From Candidatus Falkowbacteria bacterium (GTDB lineage Bacteria > Patescibacteriota > Patescibacteriia > Patescibacteriales > Patescibacteriaceae), in contig CAIUCZ010000030.1 in NCBI GenBank assembly GCA_903897785.1, positions 18,212-82,211 on the forward strand: DNA of 64,000 bases, in the 5' to 3' direction. The notes under the pieces are model-generated. The model did no database searches. It was not told where the DNA came from and saw only the letters and a program-made list of their open reading frames with translations. The translations under genes were made by a program, and so were the position numbers. This document shows, in pieces, positions 1 through 8,661 of this stretch (within the stretch, counting starts at the first letter, position 1; the number at the start of each line of letters is the position of its first letter).

Positions 1-781
1 TTGCTTCCGGTGCTAATGAGGTTAACAAACGCAAAGCGTCGGTGGCGGACGGGGAGGGTAGAATAGTAATAATTAATTTGTTGGTGGATGATAACAGCGC
101 TTGGCGTAAGATCTCCGGCCGGTCGCAACGCGACAGAAATATCAAATCGGCATCCTGGCGGCCGAGGCTATGCAAAGCTTGCGGCCAATCATAACCGCGG
201 CGCGGATCAATGATTGATTGATTCACCCCGGCAATCGGCGCTTGCGCCATTTCCGACAAGCTGACAATGTTTAAATTCGGTTTGGCCAGGCGCCGTAAAA
301 TCGCTTGCGCCAGCGTCATTTTGCCGGAGTTGGTCGGGCCGGTGATAACCAGCAAGCCGCTCGGCCGCAGAGCGGTCAGCACAGTTTTTTCCAGAGCCGT
401 GGGCAAGAGTTCGGTCAGTTCCGGTTGAACTTTATTTTGTCGTTCAATTTCCAAGACAATCTTTGGCCCCTCGGCCGTCGGCACCCAAAGTGCGCGCAAG
501 ACGGCGTTGTAGCTTGGTCGATGAATTTTAAACTGGCCCTCATGAATTTCCGGCGTCAAACCTGCCAGATTACTAATTTTTTTAAACAGCCCCGGGCCAT
601 AAGCGGCGGACAAAACCAAAACTGTTTGCAAGCCGTTATCCAAGCGATATCTGACTTCCAGTTTATTGGCCGTGGATTGCAAATGAATGGCCGAGGCTTG
701 CAATTGCAAAGCATAGCCCAGAATCTTTGTAAGCGAGCGAGCGATGATTGGTTGATTGTGATCAGATATTGCAGTCTTCAT
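1..781 (-). CDS. GspE/PulE/PilB-family secretion ATPase-like protein, degenerate (runs off window start)
   Basis: Hand translation from ATG 781: MKTAISDHNQ...IHLQSTANKLEVRYRLDNGL...GLLVITGPTNSGKMTL...LGRQDADLIFL. Not in ORF track because it is partial. Confidence 0.75.
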   Translation of the reverse strand, partial: MKTAISDHNQPIIARSLTKILGYALQLQASAIHLQSTANKLEVRYRLDNGLQTVLVLSAAYGPGLFKKISNLAGLTPEIHEGQFKIHRPSYNAVLRALWVPTAEGPKIVLEIERQNKVQPELTELLPTALEKTVLTALRPSGLLVITGPTNSGKMTLAQAILRRLAKPNLNIVSLSEMAQAPIAGVNQSIIDPRRGYDWPQALHSLGRQDADLIFLSRCDRPEILRQALLSSTNKLIITILPSPSATDALRLLTSLAPEA

Positions 782-830
782 ATTTATATTATAACCGAAT
801 GCTTGTGATAGCACAAATTAGCCGTCAGTC

Positions 831-958
831 TGTCATTCCCGGCCGGAGCGTAGCGCAGTGCAGCGTAGCGAAACGAAGCACAGCACAGCGGAGGGAAAGG
901 GAATCCATTAGTGGCATTCTAAAAAGAATGGATCCCGGATGAGTACTCCGGGATGACA
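831..958. repeat. Family A REP-doublet (GTCAT[T/C]CC...GGATGAC) with nested insert
   Basis: TGTCATTCCCG...GGGAATCC / GGATCCCGGATGAGTACTCCGGGATGACA. Confidence 0.8.
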
Positions 959-1030
959 TTCCTTCGATGACGGTCTTTATTTACTTATCTCCTGTTTTCT
1001 GTTAAACTGTGATTATGTTAATTTTACCTT

Positions 1031-1447
1031 ATGAAAACTGGTATTACTAAATTTTTTGGCAGTCTTTCCGCTTGGCAGCAAAATGTCGGCGCAATCTTGG
1101 CCGATTTTTGGCAGCCTCTGGACAACAAAATCTATATCTTGCTTGACCTGGCCTTGGTGGCCGCGGCTTGGCTGACAGCTTGGCTTTTATTGGTCCGTCG
1201 CTTGGGCGATGTGACCGCCGCCCTGCATTACAACACTATTTTTGGCATTGACTATGTCGGCGCGCCGGTGCAAATCTACTGGCTGCCGAATATCGGCTTG
1301 ATTATTTTGGCGTTAAATTTGATTTTGGCGGTGCTGGCTGATAAAAAGTACAAGCTCTTGTCGCAATTACTGCTGATTGGCAGCGGTGTTTTGTTGGTTT
1401 TTATCAATATTGCTTTGTACACCCTTAATTTAATAAATTTTCGCTAG
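1031..1447 (+). CDS. Membrane protein upstream of mraY
   Basis: 3 hydrophobic segments, LHYNxxFGID motif, 3 nt before mraY. Confidence 0.75.
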   Translation: MKTGITKFFGSLSAWQQNVGAILADFWQPLDNKIYILLDLALVAAAWLTAWLLLVRRLGDVTAALHYNTIFGIDYVGAPVQIYWLPNIGLIILALNLILAVLADKKYKLLSQLLLIGSGVLLVFINIALYTLNLINFR

Positions 1448-1450
1448 CTT

Positions 1451-2503
1451 ATGCCCACTCTTGATTTTTACGTCATCAAGCTGCTGTTGTTGTCCACAGC
1501 CGCCTTTGTTCTGTCGTTTGCTTTGACGCCGCTCTTGACCAAAGTTTTATACAAATACAAACTGGGCAAAAGTATCCGCAACAACGGCACGACGCCGATT
1601 TTTTCTCTCTTGCACGCCCACAAAGCCGGCACGCCAACCATGGGCGGGGTATTGATTTGGTTGACCACTGCCATTTTGATTTTATTTTTTGCTTATGTGC
1701 CCGGTTGGTTGCATTGGCCCATGGCCGATCAGCTTAATTTTTTGAGCCGCAACCAAACCTGGCTGCCGCTCGGGGCGCTCGTCGCTTCGGCTTTGGTCGG
1801 TTTGTTTGACGATTGGCTGGACATCAAAGGCAAGGGGACGAAAGGCGGCGGCGGCATGTCAATGCGCCGGCGCTTGCTGTTTTATACTTTGATTGCCGTG
1901 GTCGGCGCCTTGTGGTTTTATTTCAAGCTCGGCCGCGACGTTTTTACCGTTCCTTTTGTCGGCCAGTTTCAGCTGGGCTGGTGGTATATTGTCGCCTTTG
2001 TCTTTGTCATGGTGGCGACGGCATTTTCAGTTAATCAAACCGACGGTCTGGACGGTTTGGCCGGCGGTTTGTTATTGATCGCTTTTTCGGCTTACGCCAT
2101 CATCTCGTTTGTGGTCGGCAAATATGATTTGTCCATGCTTTGCGGCGTGATTGTTGGCGGTTTGCTGTCTTTTTTATGGTTCAATATCGCTCCGGCCAGA
2201 TTTTACATGGGCGATACCGGCTCAATGAGTCTGGGCATCACTCTGGGTATTATCGCCATGCTGACCGACACGCCGATGATTTTGATTTTCATTGGCTGTA
2301 TTTTTGTGGCTGAATCTTTATCAACGATTATCCAGCTGACTTCCAAAAAGTTTCGCCATAAAAAAGTTTTCTTGTCTTCACCGTTGCATCATCATTTTGA
2401 AGCCATCGGCTGGCCGGAAACAAAAGTGGTGATGCGGTTTTGGCTGATTGGCGCGATTGGCGCCACTATCGGGTTGGCGTTATTTCTTTTGAATCGGCTA
2501 TAA
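1451..2503 (+). CDS. mraY: Phospho-N-acetylmuramoyl-pentapeptide transferase
   Basis: KAGTPTMGG, NQTDGLDGL, YMGDTGS, PLHHHFE motifs. Confidence 0.97.
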   Translation: MPTLDFYVIKLLLLSTAAFVLSFALTPLLTKVLYKYKLGKSIRNNGTTPIFSLLHAHKAGTPTMGGVLIWLTTAILILFFAYVPGWLHWPMADQLNFLSRNQTWLPLGALVASALVGLFDDWLDIKGKGTKGGGGMSMRRRLLFYTLIAVVGALWFYFKLGRDVFTVPFVGQFQLGWWYIVAFVFVMVATAFSVNQTDGLDGLAGGLLLIAFSAYAIISFVVGKYDLSMLCGVIVGGLLSFLWFNIAPARFYMGDTGSMSLGITLGIIAMLTDTPMILIFIGCIFVAESLSTIIQLTSKKFRHKKVFLSSPLHHHFEAIGWPETKVVMRFWLIGAIGATIGLALFLLNRL

Positions 2504-2525
2504 TTTATTGTGAATAAAGGTGGTG

Positions 2526-2593
2526 GTCATGCCGGCGTATGCCGGTATCCAGTTACAGTCACCAATCTGGATCCCGGCCTACGCCGGGATGAC
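2526..2593. repeat. Family A REP-doublet
   Basis: GTCATGCCGGCGTATGCCGGTATCCAG...CTGGATCCCGGCCTACGCCGGGATGAC. Confidence 0.85.
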
Positions 2594-2633
2594 AATGCAA
2601 AACTTTAAATAAAGAACTCCAGCTTCCAATGAT

Positions 2634-3794
2634 ATGCTTAAAAAATTTAAACAATTCATCGCTCGCCATTTTTCTTCGGACCGCCACCTGGGCAAGCCCG
2701 ATTTTGTTTTTTTGATCACTCTGGGCTTGATTGTTGTCTTTGGCTTGGTGATGCTGTTTTCCGCTTCGACAATCGTGGCGTACATGGCCTATCATGACGC
2801 TTATTATTTTGTGACGCGCCAGCTGCTCTGGCTGGCCATCGGCGGCGCGGTTTTTTATTTTCTTTATAATTTTGATTATCATCGTTGGCGTAAATACGCT
2901 TTTTCCATGCTGGTGGCATCGCTCGGCTTGCTGTCTTTGATTATGGTTCATCCGATCACCCGCGTGGTCAACGGCCATCGCAGTTGGATCAACTTGGGCA
3001 TTTTTTCTTTTCAGCCGTCCGAGTTTGTCAAAGTGACTTTGATTATTTATCTGGCCGCCCTGCTGGAATCCAGCGGCAAAGCCAAATCTTTGGACATCGA
3101 GCGCGCCAAAAAGTTTTTTATTGTCATCGGCGTGATTGCTGCGTTGATGCTTTTGCAACCAGACATCGGCACTCTGGCCATCATTATGGCCGCTTGTTTG
3201 ATTTTGTATTTTGTCAACGGCGGACAAATGAAAACTTTGCTGGTTTGCGCCGCTATGGCTTTGGCAATGCTTGCCGGGTACATCGGTTACCGCAGTTTGA
3301 AAGGCGGCGGCCAATCATATATGGCTTATCGTTTCACTTGTCTTTATAATCCAAGCTCCAGCGCCAGCGACAAATGTTACCAAATCAATCAATCGCTCTT
3401 GGCTGTCGGTTCGGGCGGCTGGTTCGGCCGCGGCATCGGCAACAGCCGGCAGAAGTTTTTATTCTTGCCCGAAGTGCAAAACGATTTTATTTTTGCTATC
3501 ATTGCCGAAGAAGTCGGCTGGATTTTTTCCAGCCTGCTTTTGGGCGCTTTTGTCTTGTTGATTTATCGCGGTATTTTGATTGCCAAACGCGCTCCGGATT
3601 CGTTTGGCCGCAACTTGGCCATTGGCCTGGTCAGCTGGATCGGCGTGCAGGTGATTGTCAATATCGGCGGAATTATCAATTTATTTCCGATGACCGGCGT
3701 GCCGTTGCCCTTGGTTAGCGCCGGTGGCACGGCTTTGTTGGCGGCCTTGTCTTCGGCTGGGATTATTGCCAATATTAGTCGGCAAGGGAAATAG
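2634..3794 (+). CDS. ftsW: SEDS peptidoglycan polymerase FtsW
   Basis: FQPSEFVK, LQPDIGT, LPEVQNDFIF, TGVPLPLVSAGG; located between mraY and murG. Confidence 0.93.
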   Translation: MLKKFKQFIARHFSSDRHLGKPDFVFLITLGLIVVFGLVMLFSASTIVAYMAYHDAYYFVTRQLLWLAIGGAVFYFLYNFDYHRWRKYAFSMLVASLGLLSLIMVHPITRVVNGHRSWINLGIFSFQPSEFVKVTLIIYLAALLESSGKAKSLDIERAKKFFIVIGVIAALMLLQPDIGTLAIIMAACLILYFVNGGQMKTLLVCAAMALAMLAGYIGYRSLKGGGQSYMAYRFTCLYNPSSSASDKCYQINQSLLAVGSGGWFGRGIGNSRQKFLFLPEVQNDFIFAIIAEEVGWIFSSLLLGAFVLLIYRGILIAKRAPDSFGRNLAIGLVSWIGVQVIVNIGGIINLFPMTGVPLPLVSAGGTALLAALSSAGIIANISRQGK

Positions 3795-3797
3795 CAC

Positions 3798-3875
3798 TGT
3801 CATCCCGAGCTTGCGAGGGATCTCTTAATTCACAAGCAAGAGGCGTAAGAGATCCCTCGTAAACTCGGGATGACA
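3798..3875. repeat. Family A REP-doublet
   Basis: TGTCATCCCGAGCTTGCGAGGGATCTC...GAGATCCCTCGTAAACTCGGGATGACA. Confidence 0.85.
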
Positions 3876-3900
3876 AATCTCTAAATTATGCTATAAATTT

Positions 3901-5028
3901 ATGCTCGAGAAAAAAATAAAAGTCCTCTTGACCGGTGGCGGCACGGCCGGTTCAGTCTCGCCCTTGCTGGCAATGGCCGAGGACTTGCGCCAGCTCAAAG
4001 GCCGGGCTATAGATTTTTGTTGGCTGGGCGGTTATCACGGACCGGAACGAGCCATGGCCGGGGACGTTGACATCAAATTTGTTGCCATAAGTTCTGGCAA
4101 ACTGCGCCGTTATTTTTCCCTGTGGAACATTATCGATCCGTTTTTAATCATCATCGGTTTTATCCAAGCATTTTTTTATTTATTATGCTGGCGTCCAAAA
4201 ATAGTTTTGACGGCCGGTAGCTTTATCGCCGTGCCGGTCGCTATGGCCGCCTTTATTTTGCGTATTCCCATCTTGGTGCATCAGCAAGACGTCGTGCCCG
4301 GCCTGGCCAATAAAATTATGGCGCCCATGGCGACCGTGATTACCACGGTTTTTGAAAAATCTTTGAGCGACTATGGCAAAAAAGCCCGTGCTTATGGCAA
4401 TCCTGTCAGAAAAATATTTTCCACTGTCATCCCCGCAAGCGCTGTCATCCCGGCGTATGCCGGCCTGCCCGTTCCGGTTCGGGCGGGGGTCCAGGTTCTT
4501 AATTTAAAATTTAATAATAATTTACCAGTCGTTTTATTCCTCGGCGGCGGCACCGGCGCGCAAGGCCTTAATAATCTGGTAACCGAAGCGGCCGCAGAAT
4601 TAAGCCAGACCTGCAACATGATTCATCTGACCGGCCGCCACAAAACCGTCGAGCTGAAATTAGAAAACTATCAAGCTTATGAATTTTTAAACGCCGATCA
4701 AATGGCTGCTGCTTATGCCGTTGCCGACCTGGTCGTCTCGCGCGCCGGCATGGGCGTTTTGTCCGAGCTGGCCGCGCAAAAAAAATCGGCGATTATTATT
4801 CCCATGCCCGCTTCGCACCAAGAAGCCAATGCGAAGATTCTAAGCGATGCCAAAGCGGCCATCGTGTTGGCTGAGAAAAAAATCACCGCGCAAAAGTTGA
4901 GCGCGGAAATTAAAAAATTACTGGCCGATCCGGCCAAGTTGAAAATTTTAGGGAATAACCTGCAGCAAACCGTCAAAACTGACAGCCAAAATAAAATCGC
5001 GCGCCTTATTTTAGCAATCTTGAAATAA
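3901..5028 (+). CDS. murG: MurG transferase (with in-frame repeat insertion)
   Basis: TGGGTAG, GKLRRY, PGLANK, GNPVR, VSRAG, HQEANA. Confidence 0.96.
   Translation: MLEKKIKVLLTGGGTAGSVSPLLAMAEDLRQLKGRAIDFCWLGGYHGPERAMAGDVDIKFVAISSGKLRRYFSLWNIIDPFLIIIGFIQAFFYLLCWRPKIVLTAGSFIAVPVAMAAFILRIPILVHQQDVVPGLANKIMAPMATVITTVFEKSLSDYGKKARAYGNPVRKIFSTVIPASAVIPAYAGLPVPVRAGVQVLNLKFNNNLPVVLFLGGGTGAQGLNNLVTEAAAELSQTCNMIHLTGRHKTVELKLENYQAYEFLNADQMAAAYAVADLVVSRAGMGVLSELAAQKKSAIIIPMPASHQEANAKILSDAKAAIVLAEKKITAQKLSAEIKKLLADPAKLKILGNNLQQTVKTDSQNKIARLILAILK
4425..4494. repeat. Family A arms plus nested family H element (4464-4487), in-frame in murG
   Basis: TGTCATCCCCGCAAGCGC-TGTCATCCCGGCGTATGCCGG[CCTGCCCGTTCCGGTTCGGGCGGG]GGTCCAG encodes VIPASAVIPAYAGLPVPVRAGVQ. 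Confidence 0.85.
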
Positions 5029-5398
5029 TATCATAAGCCAAAGCCAAGCCGGAGGTGACAAAAATGGCAATGTAGTTCCATTGCGCCTTGGACGAGGTCA
5101 GGCTTTTGAGCGAATAAACCAGCACGTTTTGATCGTCCACGGTCAAGGCGCGGTGTTGTTCGATTTTTTTGATCAAATCCGCGTCCCGCACCATTTTACT
5201 GCGTTTGGTTTCCACGTTGTAGCGATGCGCAAAATACCAGACAAAGCCGATCGTGCCGACATACCAGGCGATGTTGGACCAATAAAGCGTGGGCAGATTG
5301 TTCAACGCGATGATAATGCGATAGGCGATGGTGGCGATAATGCCGATCCAAAACACCAATTCGCGATAAGCCTGCTTGTGCATTTTTATTTCCGTCAT
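5006..5398 (-). CDS. Hypothetical membrane protein
   Basis: 130-aa ORF with 3 TM-like segments. Confidence 0.75.
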   Translation of the reverse strand: MTEIKMHKQAYRELVFWIGIIATIAYRIIIALNNLPTLYWSNIAWYVGTIGFVWYFAHRYNVETKRSKMVRDADLIKKIEQHRALTVDDQNVLVYSLKSLTSSKAQWNYIAIFVTSGLALAYDIISRLLK

Positions 5399-5409
5399 AT
5401 TGTTTGTAT

Positions 5410-5458
5410 TGTCATTCCCGTCCCGTATCGTAGTACGGGATAAACTCCGGCGGGAATC
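5410..5458. repeat. Family A single arm with nested hairpin
   Basis: TGTCATTCCCG[TCCCGTATCGTAGTACGGGA]TAAACTCCGGCGGGAATC. Confidence 0.7.
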
Positions 5459-5512
5459 TTGTTCATTGTTTTAATTAGATTATTATTATACCATTGATTT
5501 AGTTTTTCATCT

Positions 5513-7240
5513 ATGACACAGCAACAAGCATTGGATATCATGAAAACCGGCGTTAACGTCTTTCTCACCGGCGAGCCGGGCGCCGGCAAAACCCACACGG
5601 TCAATCAGTATGTGGCGTATTTGCGCGCCCATGGCATTGAACCGGCCATTACCGCCTCCACCGGCATTGCGGCCACGCATATCGGCGGCTTGACCATTCA
5701 TTCCTGGGCGGGGATCGGTATCAAAGAAAAATTAAGCCAGCACGACATCAACAACATTGCCGGCACCGAGCGCCTGGCCAAGCGAATTGCCGCCGCCAAA
5801 GTGCTGTTAATCGACGAGGTCTCCATGCTGCCGCCCTATGTTTTAAATTTGGTCGATGCCGTTTGCCGCAAAATCAAAGACGAATCCACGCCCTTTGGCG
5901 GCTTGCAAATAATTTTGGTCGGCGATTTTTTCCAGCTGCCGCCGATTATGCGCCAGCAGAATATTGAAACGCAAGATTCTTTTTTTGACGTAGCGCCAAA
6001 AACTTTAGAAATGTCTGACCGTTTTGCTTATGGCGCCGCTGCCTGGGCGGCGGCCGAGCCGGTGGTTTGTTATTTGAGCGAGCAATACCGCCAGGACGAC
6101 AAAGATTTTTTAAATATTCTCTCCGCCATTCGCGCCAACGGTTTTGGTGCCGCTCATTTGGCGCAATTGCAGCCGCGCAAAATTGTTTATCAAAACGCGC
6201 CGCAAAATTTGCCCAAGCTCTACACCCACAATGTCGATGTCGATCGCGTCAACGACGAAATGATCCGCCGCCTGCCCGGCAAAGGCTATGGTTATGACAT
6301 GGTGGCGCATGGCCGCAAGGTTTTGGTGGAAGTCCTGCAAAAAGGCTGCCTCTCGCCCGTGCATTTGATTTTAAAAATCAACGCCGCGGTCATGTTTACC
6401 AAAAATCATCAAAAAGGCCTGTACGTCAACGGCACCTTGGGCACAGTGATTGGGTTTGATAGCGTTAACAAATATCCGATTGTGCAAACTCGTTCCGGCG
6501 AGCGCATTACGGCCGAACCGAGCGATTGGATTTTGGAAGACAACGGCGAAACTCTGGCAACGATTACGCAGTTGCCTTTGCGTTTGGCCTGGGCGATTAC
6601 GGTGCACAAAAGCCAGGGCATGAGTTTGGATGGCGCGGTGATGGATTTATCCTCGGTCTTTGAATTTGGCCAGGGCTATGTTGCTTTGTCGCGCGTGCGC
6701 CGTTTGGCCGGTTTGTTTTTGCTCGGCTGGAATCAGCGCGCCTTTGAAGTCCATCCGGATATTGTGCAGGTTGACCGGATTTTTAAAACCGAAAGTGAAG
6801 CGCAAACCGCGGCCTTTGCCGCAGTGGCGCGCGAAGAACTGCAAAAACAGCACGACGAGTTTATCGTTAACTGCGGCGGACGCTTGGCCGCGCAAGCTTT
6901 CGCGCATAAAACTAATTTTAAAAAAGTAAAGGTCAGTACTCAAGACCAGACTTTAGCTTTGTGGCGGGCGGGCAAAGATCTGGCCGAGATTGTGCAAGCG
7001 CGCGGCCTGAATCGAGAAACGATCATCGCGCATTTGGAAAAGCTGAAAGACCAAGGCAAAATCAAGGCTACGGAATTGGACAAGTTGATTCCCGACAGTC
7101 TGCGGCCGGGCTTGGCCGAAATTCAGCATGCTTTTGAGGAGCTGGGCACGGACAAGCTGGGGCCGGTGTTCGGGTTGTTTGACGGGCGGTATTCGTGGGA
7201 GGAACTGAAGCTGGCGAGGATGATGATGGGGAAGAAATAG
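5513..7240 (+). CDS. Pif1/RecD-like SF1B helicase with C-terminal HTH
   Basis: GEPGAGKT, IDEVSM, VGDFFQLPP, AWAITVHKSQGMSL, YVALSRVR. Confidence 0.92.
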   Translation: MTQQQALDIMKTGVNVFLTGEPGAGKTHTVNQYVAYLRAHGIEPAITASTGIAATHIGGLTIHSWAGIGIKEKLSQHDINNIAGTERLAKRIAAAKVLLIDEVSMLPPYVLNLVDAVCRKIKDESTPFGGLQIILVGDFFQLPPIMRQQNIETQDSFFDVAPKTLEMSDRFAYGAAAWAAAEPVVCYLSEQYRQDDKDFLNILSAIRANGFGAAHLAQLQPRKIVYQNAPQNLPKLYTHNVDVDRVNDEMIRRLPGKGYGYDMVAHGRKVLVEVLQKGCLSPVHLILKINAAVMFTKNHQKGLYVNGTLGTVIGFDSVNKYPIVQTRSGERITAEPSDWILEDNGETLATITQLPLRLAWAITVHKSQGMSLDGAVMDLSSVFEFGQGYVALSRVRRLAGLFLLGWNQRAFEVHPDIVQVDRIFKTESEAQTAAFAAVAREELQKQHDEFIVNCGGRLAAQAFAHKTNFKKVKVSTQDQTLALWRAGKDLAEIVQARGLNRETIIAHLEKLKDQGKIKATELDKLIPDSLRPGLAEIQHAFEELGTDKLGPVFGLFDGRYSWEELKLARMMMGKK

Positions 7241-7592
7241 GAATTTTCCGTGATTAACGATAATCCGATATAATCAAGATATTTAGCATGTCGGGAATCC
7301 CGACGAACTGGCGGTGACAACAAGGAATATGGGATAAAAAACAATTTAAAGAATATCGGATTTGAAATAAAATAAAAACCTGTCGGGTTCGCCCAAGCCG
7401 TGAGGCTTGGGCGCGACAGGTATTAATAAATAAATTATATATCATTTGGTTACGTGTCATCTGCATACGAAAAAGAGTATAGAGACGAAATAAATATGCA
7501 GGAGGCGCATTTTGCCGTCGCTTATTCAAAAGCTGCAATTATAGAAATGCATAAGTTTGTTATAAAAAATTATTTAGAATTAATCTAAAAAT

Positions 7593-7853
7593 ATGTCTGA
7601 AAAAAATTTATCAACAAATAATTCGTCTATCAGTGAGGACGAATTGCACAATTTGGCCAACGAAGGCGCTTCGCTGGATTTTATTGTCACGACTTTGAAG
7701 GCGAATGAAAAAACCATCGGCGAGCATACGCGGCGCTTAGTCCAAGCCGGCCTGATTAATAAAACTTACCGCGGGCATTTTGTCGAACACACGCTGTCGC
7801 CTTATGGCAAAAGCTTTGTCCAATTTTTAAAATCGTTTCAAGTGATAATGTGA
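7593..7853 (+). CDS. Winged-HTH regulator-like protein, possibly chimeric/truncated
   Basis: C-terminal KTIGEHTRRLVQAGLINKTYRG...HTLSPYG; atypical AT-rich N-terminus. Confidence 0.55.
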   Translation: MSEKNLSTNNSSISEDELHNLANEGASLDFIVTTLKANEKTIGEHTRRLVQAGLINKTYRGHFVEHTLSPYGKSFVQFLKSFQVIM

Positions 7854-7986
7854 ACTTATCCTTAAAGACTTGAGAATTTAAGGATTAATTTAAGTTGTTT
7901 TTGCAAAACTACCGTGAATTTGCCTCACTTTTTATAGATATTCACGCGATATTGAAATTTTAGCGTTAATTTAAAAGATAAAATAA

Positions 7987-8017
7987 AAAACTAACCGCAT
8001 ACGATTTGGTTAGTTTT
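7987..8017. terminator. Intrinsic terminator (bidirectional)
   Basis: AAAACTAACC-loop-GGTTAGTTTT between convergent genes. Confidence 0.6.
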
Positions 8018-8037
8018 ACAAGCGCTTGGCTTGCTAT

Positions 8038-8247
8038 TTATTCCTTGGCAAAAACTATGCCAAGAATGATTAGAATAATGCTGATGACTAATCCAACGCC
8101 GTTTATGCCGTGGTCATAGGCATAAGGGTCCAGGTGGCGCGGAGGATTTATTATACTGCCGATGCTAAAAGCAAAAACTATGACGCCGACGATTACCATA
8201 ACAATGCCGATTAGATTATCAGTGCTGAAAGATTTTGGTGTTTTCAC
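8038..8247 (-). CDS. Small 2-TM orphan protein
   Basis: GTG start with AAGGA SD, upstream TTGACA promoter, two hydrophobic helices. Confidence 0.7.
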   Translation of the reverse strand: MKTPKSFSTDNLIGIVMVIVGVIVFAFSIGSIINPPRHLDPYAYDHGINGVGLVISIILIILGIVFAKE

Positions 8248-8330
8248 GGGAGCGTCCTTTTGTTAAATGAGCAAAAAAGCGTTAAACTTATTGTTAAGTA
8301 AACAGTTTTTGACATGATTTGTCAACCCCT

Positions 8331-8579
8331 ATGTATTATCTCTACCTCCTGTCATGCTCCGACGCCACACTCTACGCCGGTATTACCACCGATTTAACCA
8401 GGCGCGTGGTTGAACACAACAGCACCACCCGCGGCGCCAAGTATACCCTAGTCCGGCGGCCGGTGGTTTTGGTTTATAGCAAAAAATTTCGCAATCGCTC
8501 CTTGGCCAGCGTGGCCGAAAGCAAGCTCAAAAAATTAAGCCGCGCGGAAAAGTTAGCCTTGATTGATAAGATTGTTTAA
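8331..8579 (+). CDS. GIY-YIG nuclease family protein (YhbQ/UPF0213-like)
   Basis: YYLYLLSCSDATLYAGITTDLTRRVVEHN...GAKYT...E..LKKLSR. Confidence 0.9.
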   Translation: MYYLYLLSCSDATLYAGITTDLTRRVVEHNSTTRGAKYTLVRRPVVLVYSKKFRNRSLASVAESKLKKLSRAEKLALIDKIV

Positions 8580-8580
8580 A

Positions 8581-8627
8581 GTTAACAATTGTTAACCTGC
8601 TTGATAATAAAGTTAACATACGTTAAC
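8581..8627. promoter_or_regulatory. Two tandem GTTAAC-N4-GTTAAC palindromes upstream of murC
   Basis: 8581-8596 GTTAACAATTGTTAAC and 8612-8627 GTTAACATACGTTAAC. Confidence 0.45.
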
Positions 8628-8661
8628 CTTAAAAATACTTACAATATTGTTATTAAATAAT

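Noticed and set aside
305..942. + strand ORFs 305-808 and 748-942, and other short antisense/overlapping ORFs in the track
   Set aside because: These are shadows of real opposite-strand genes or translations of repeats.
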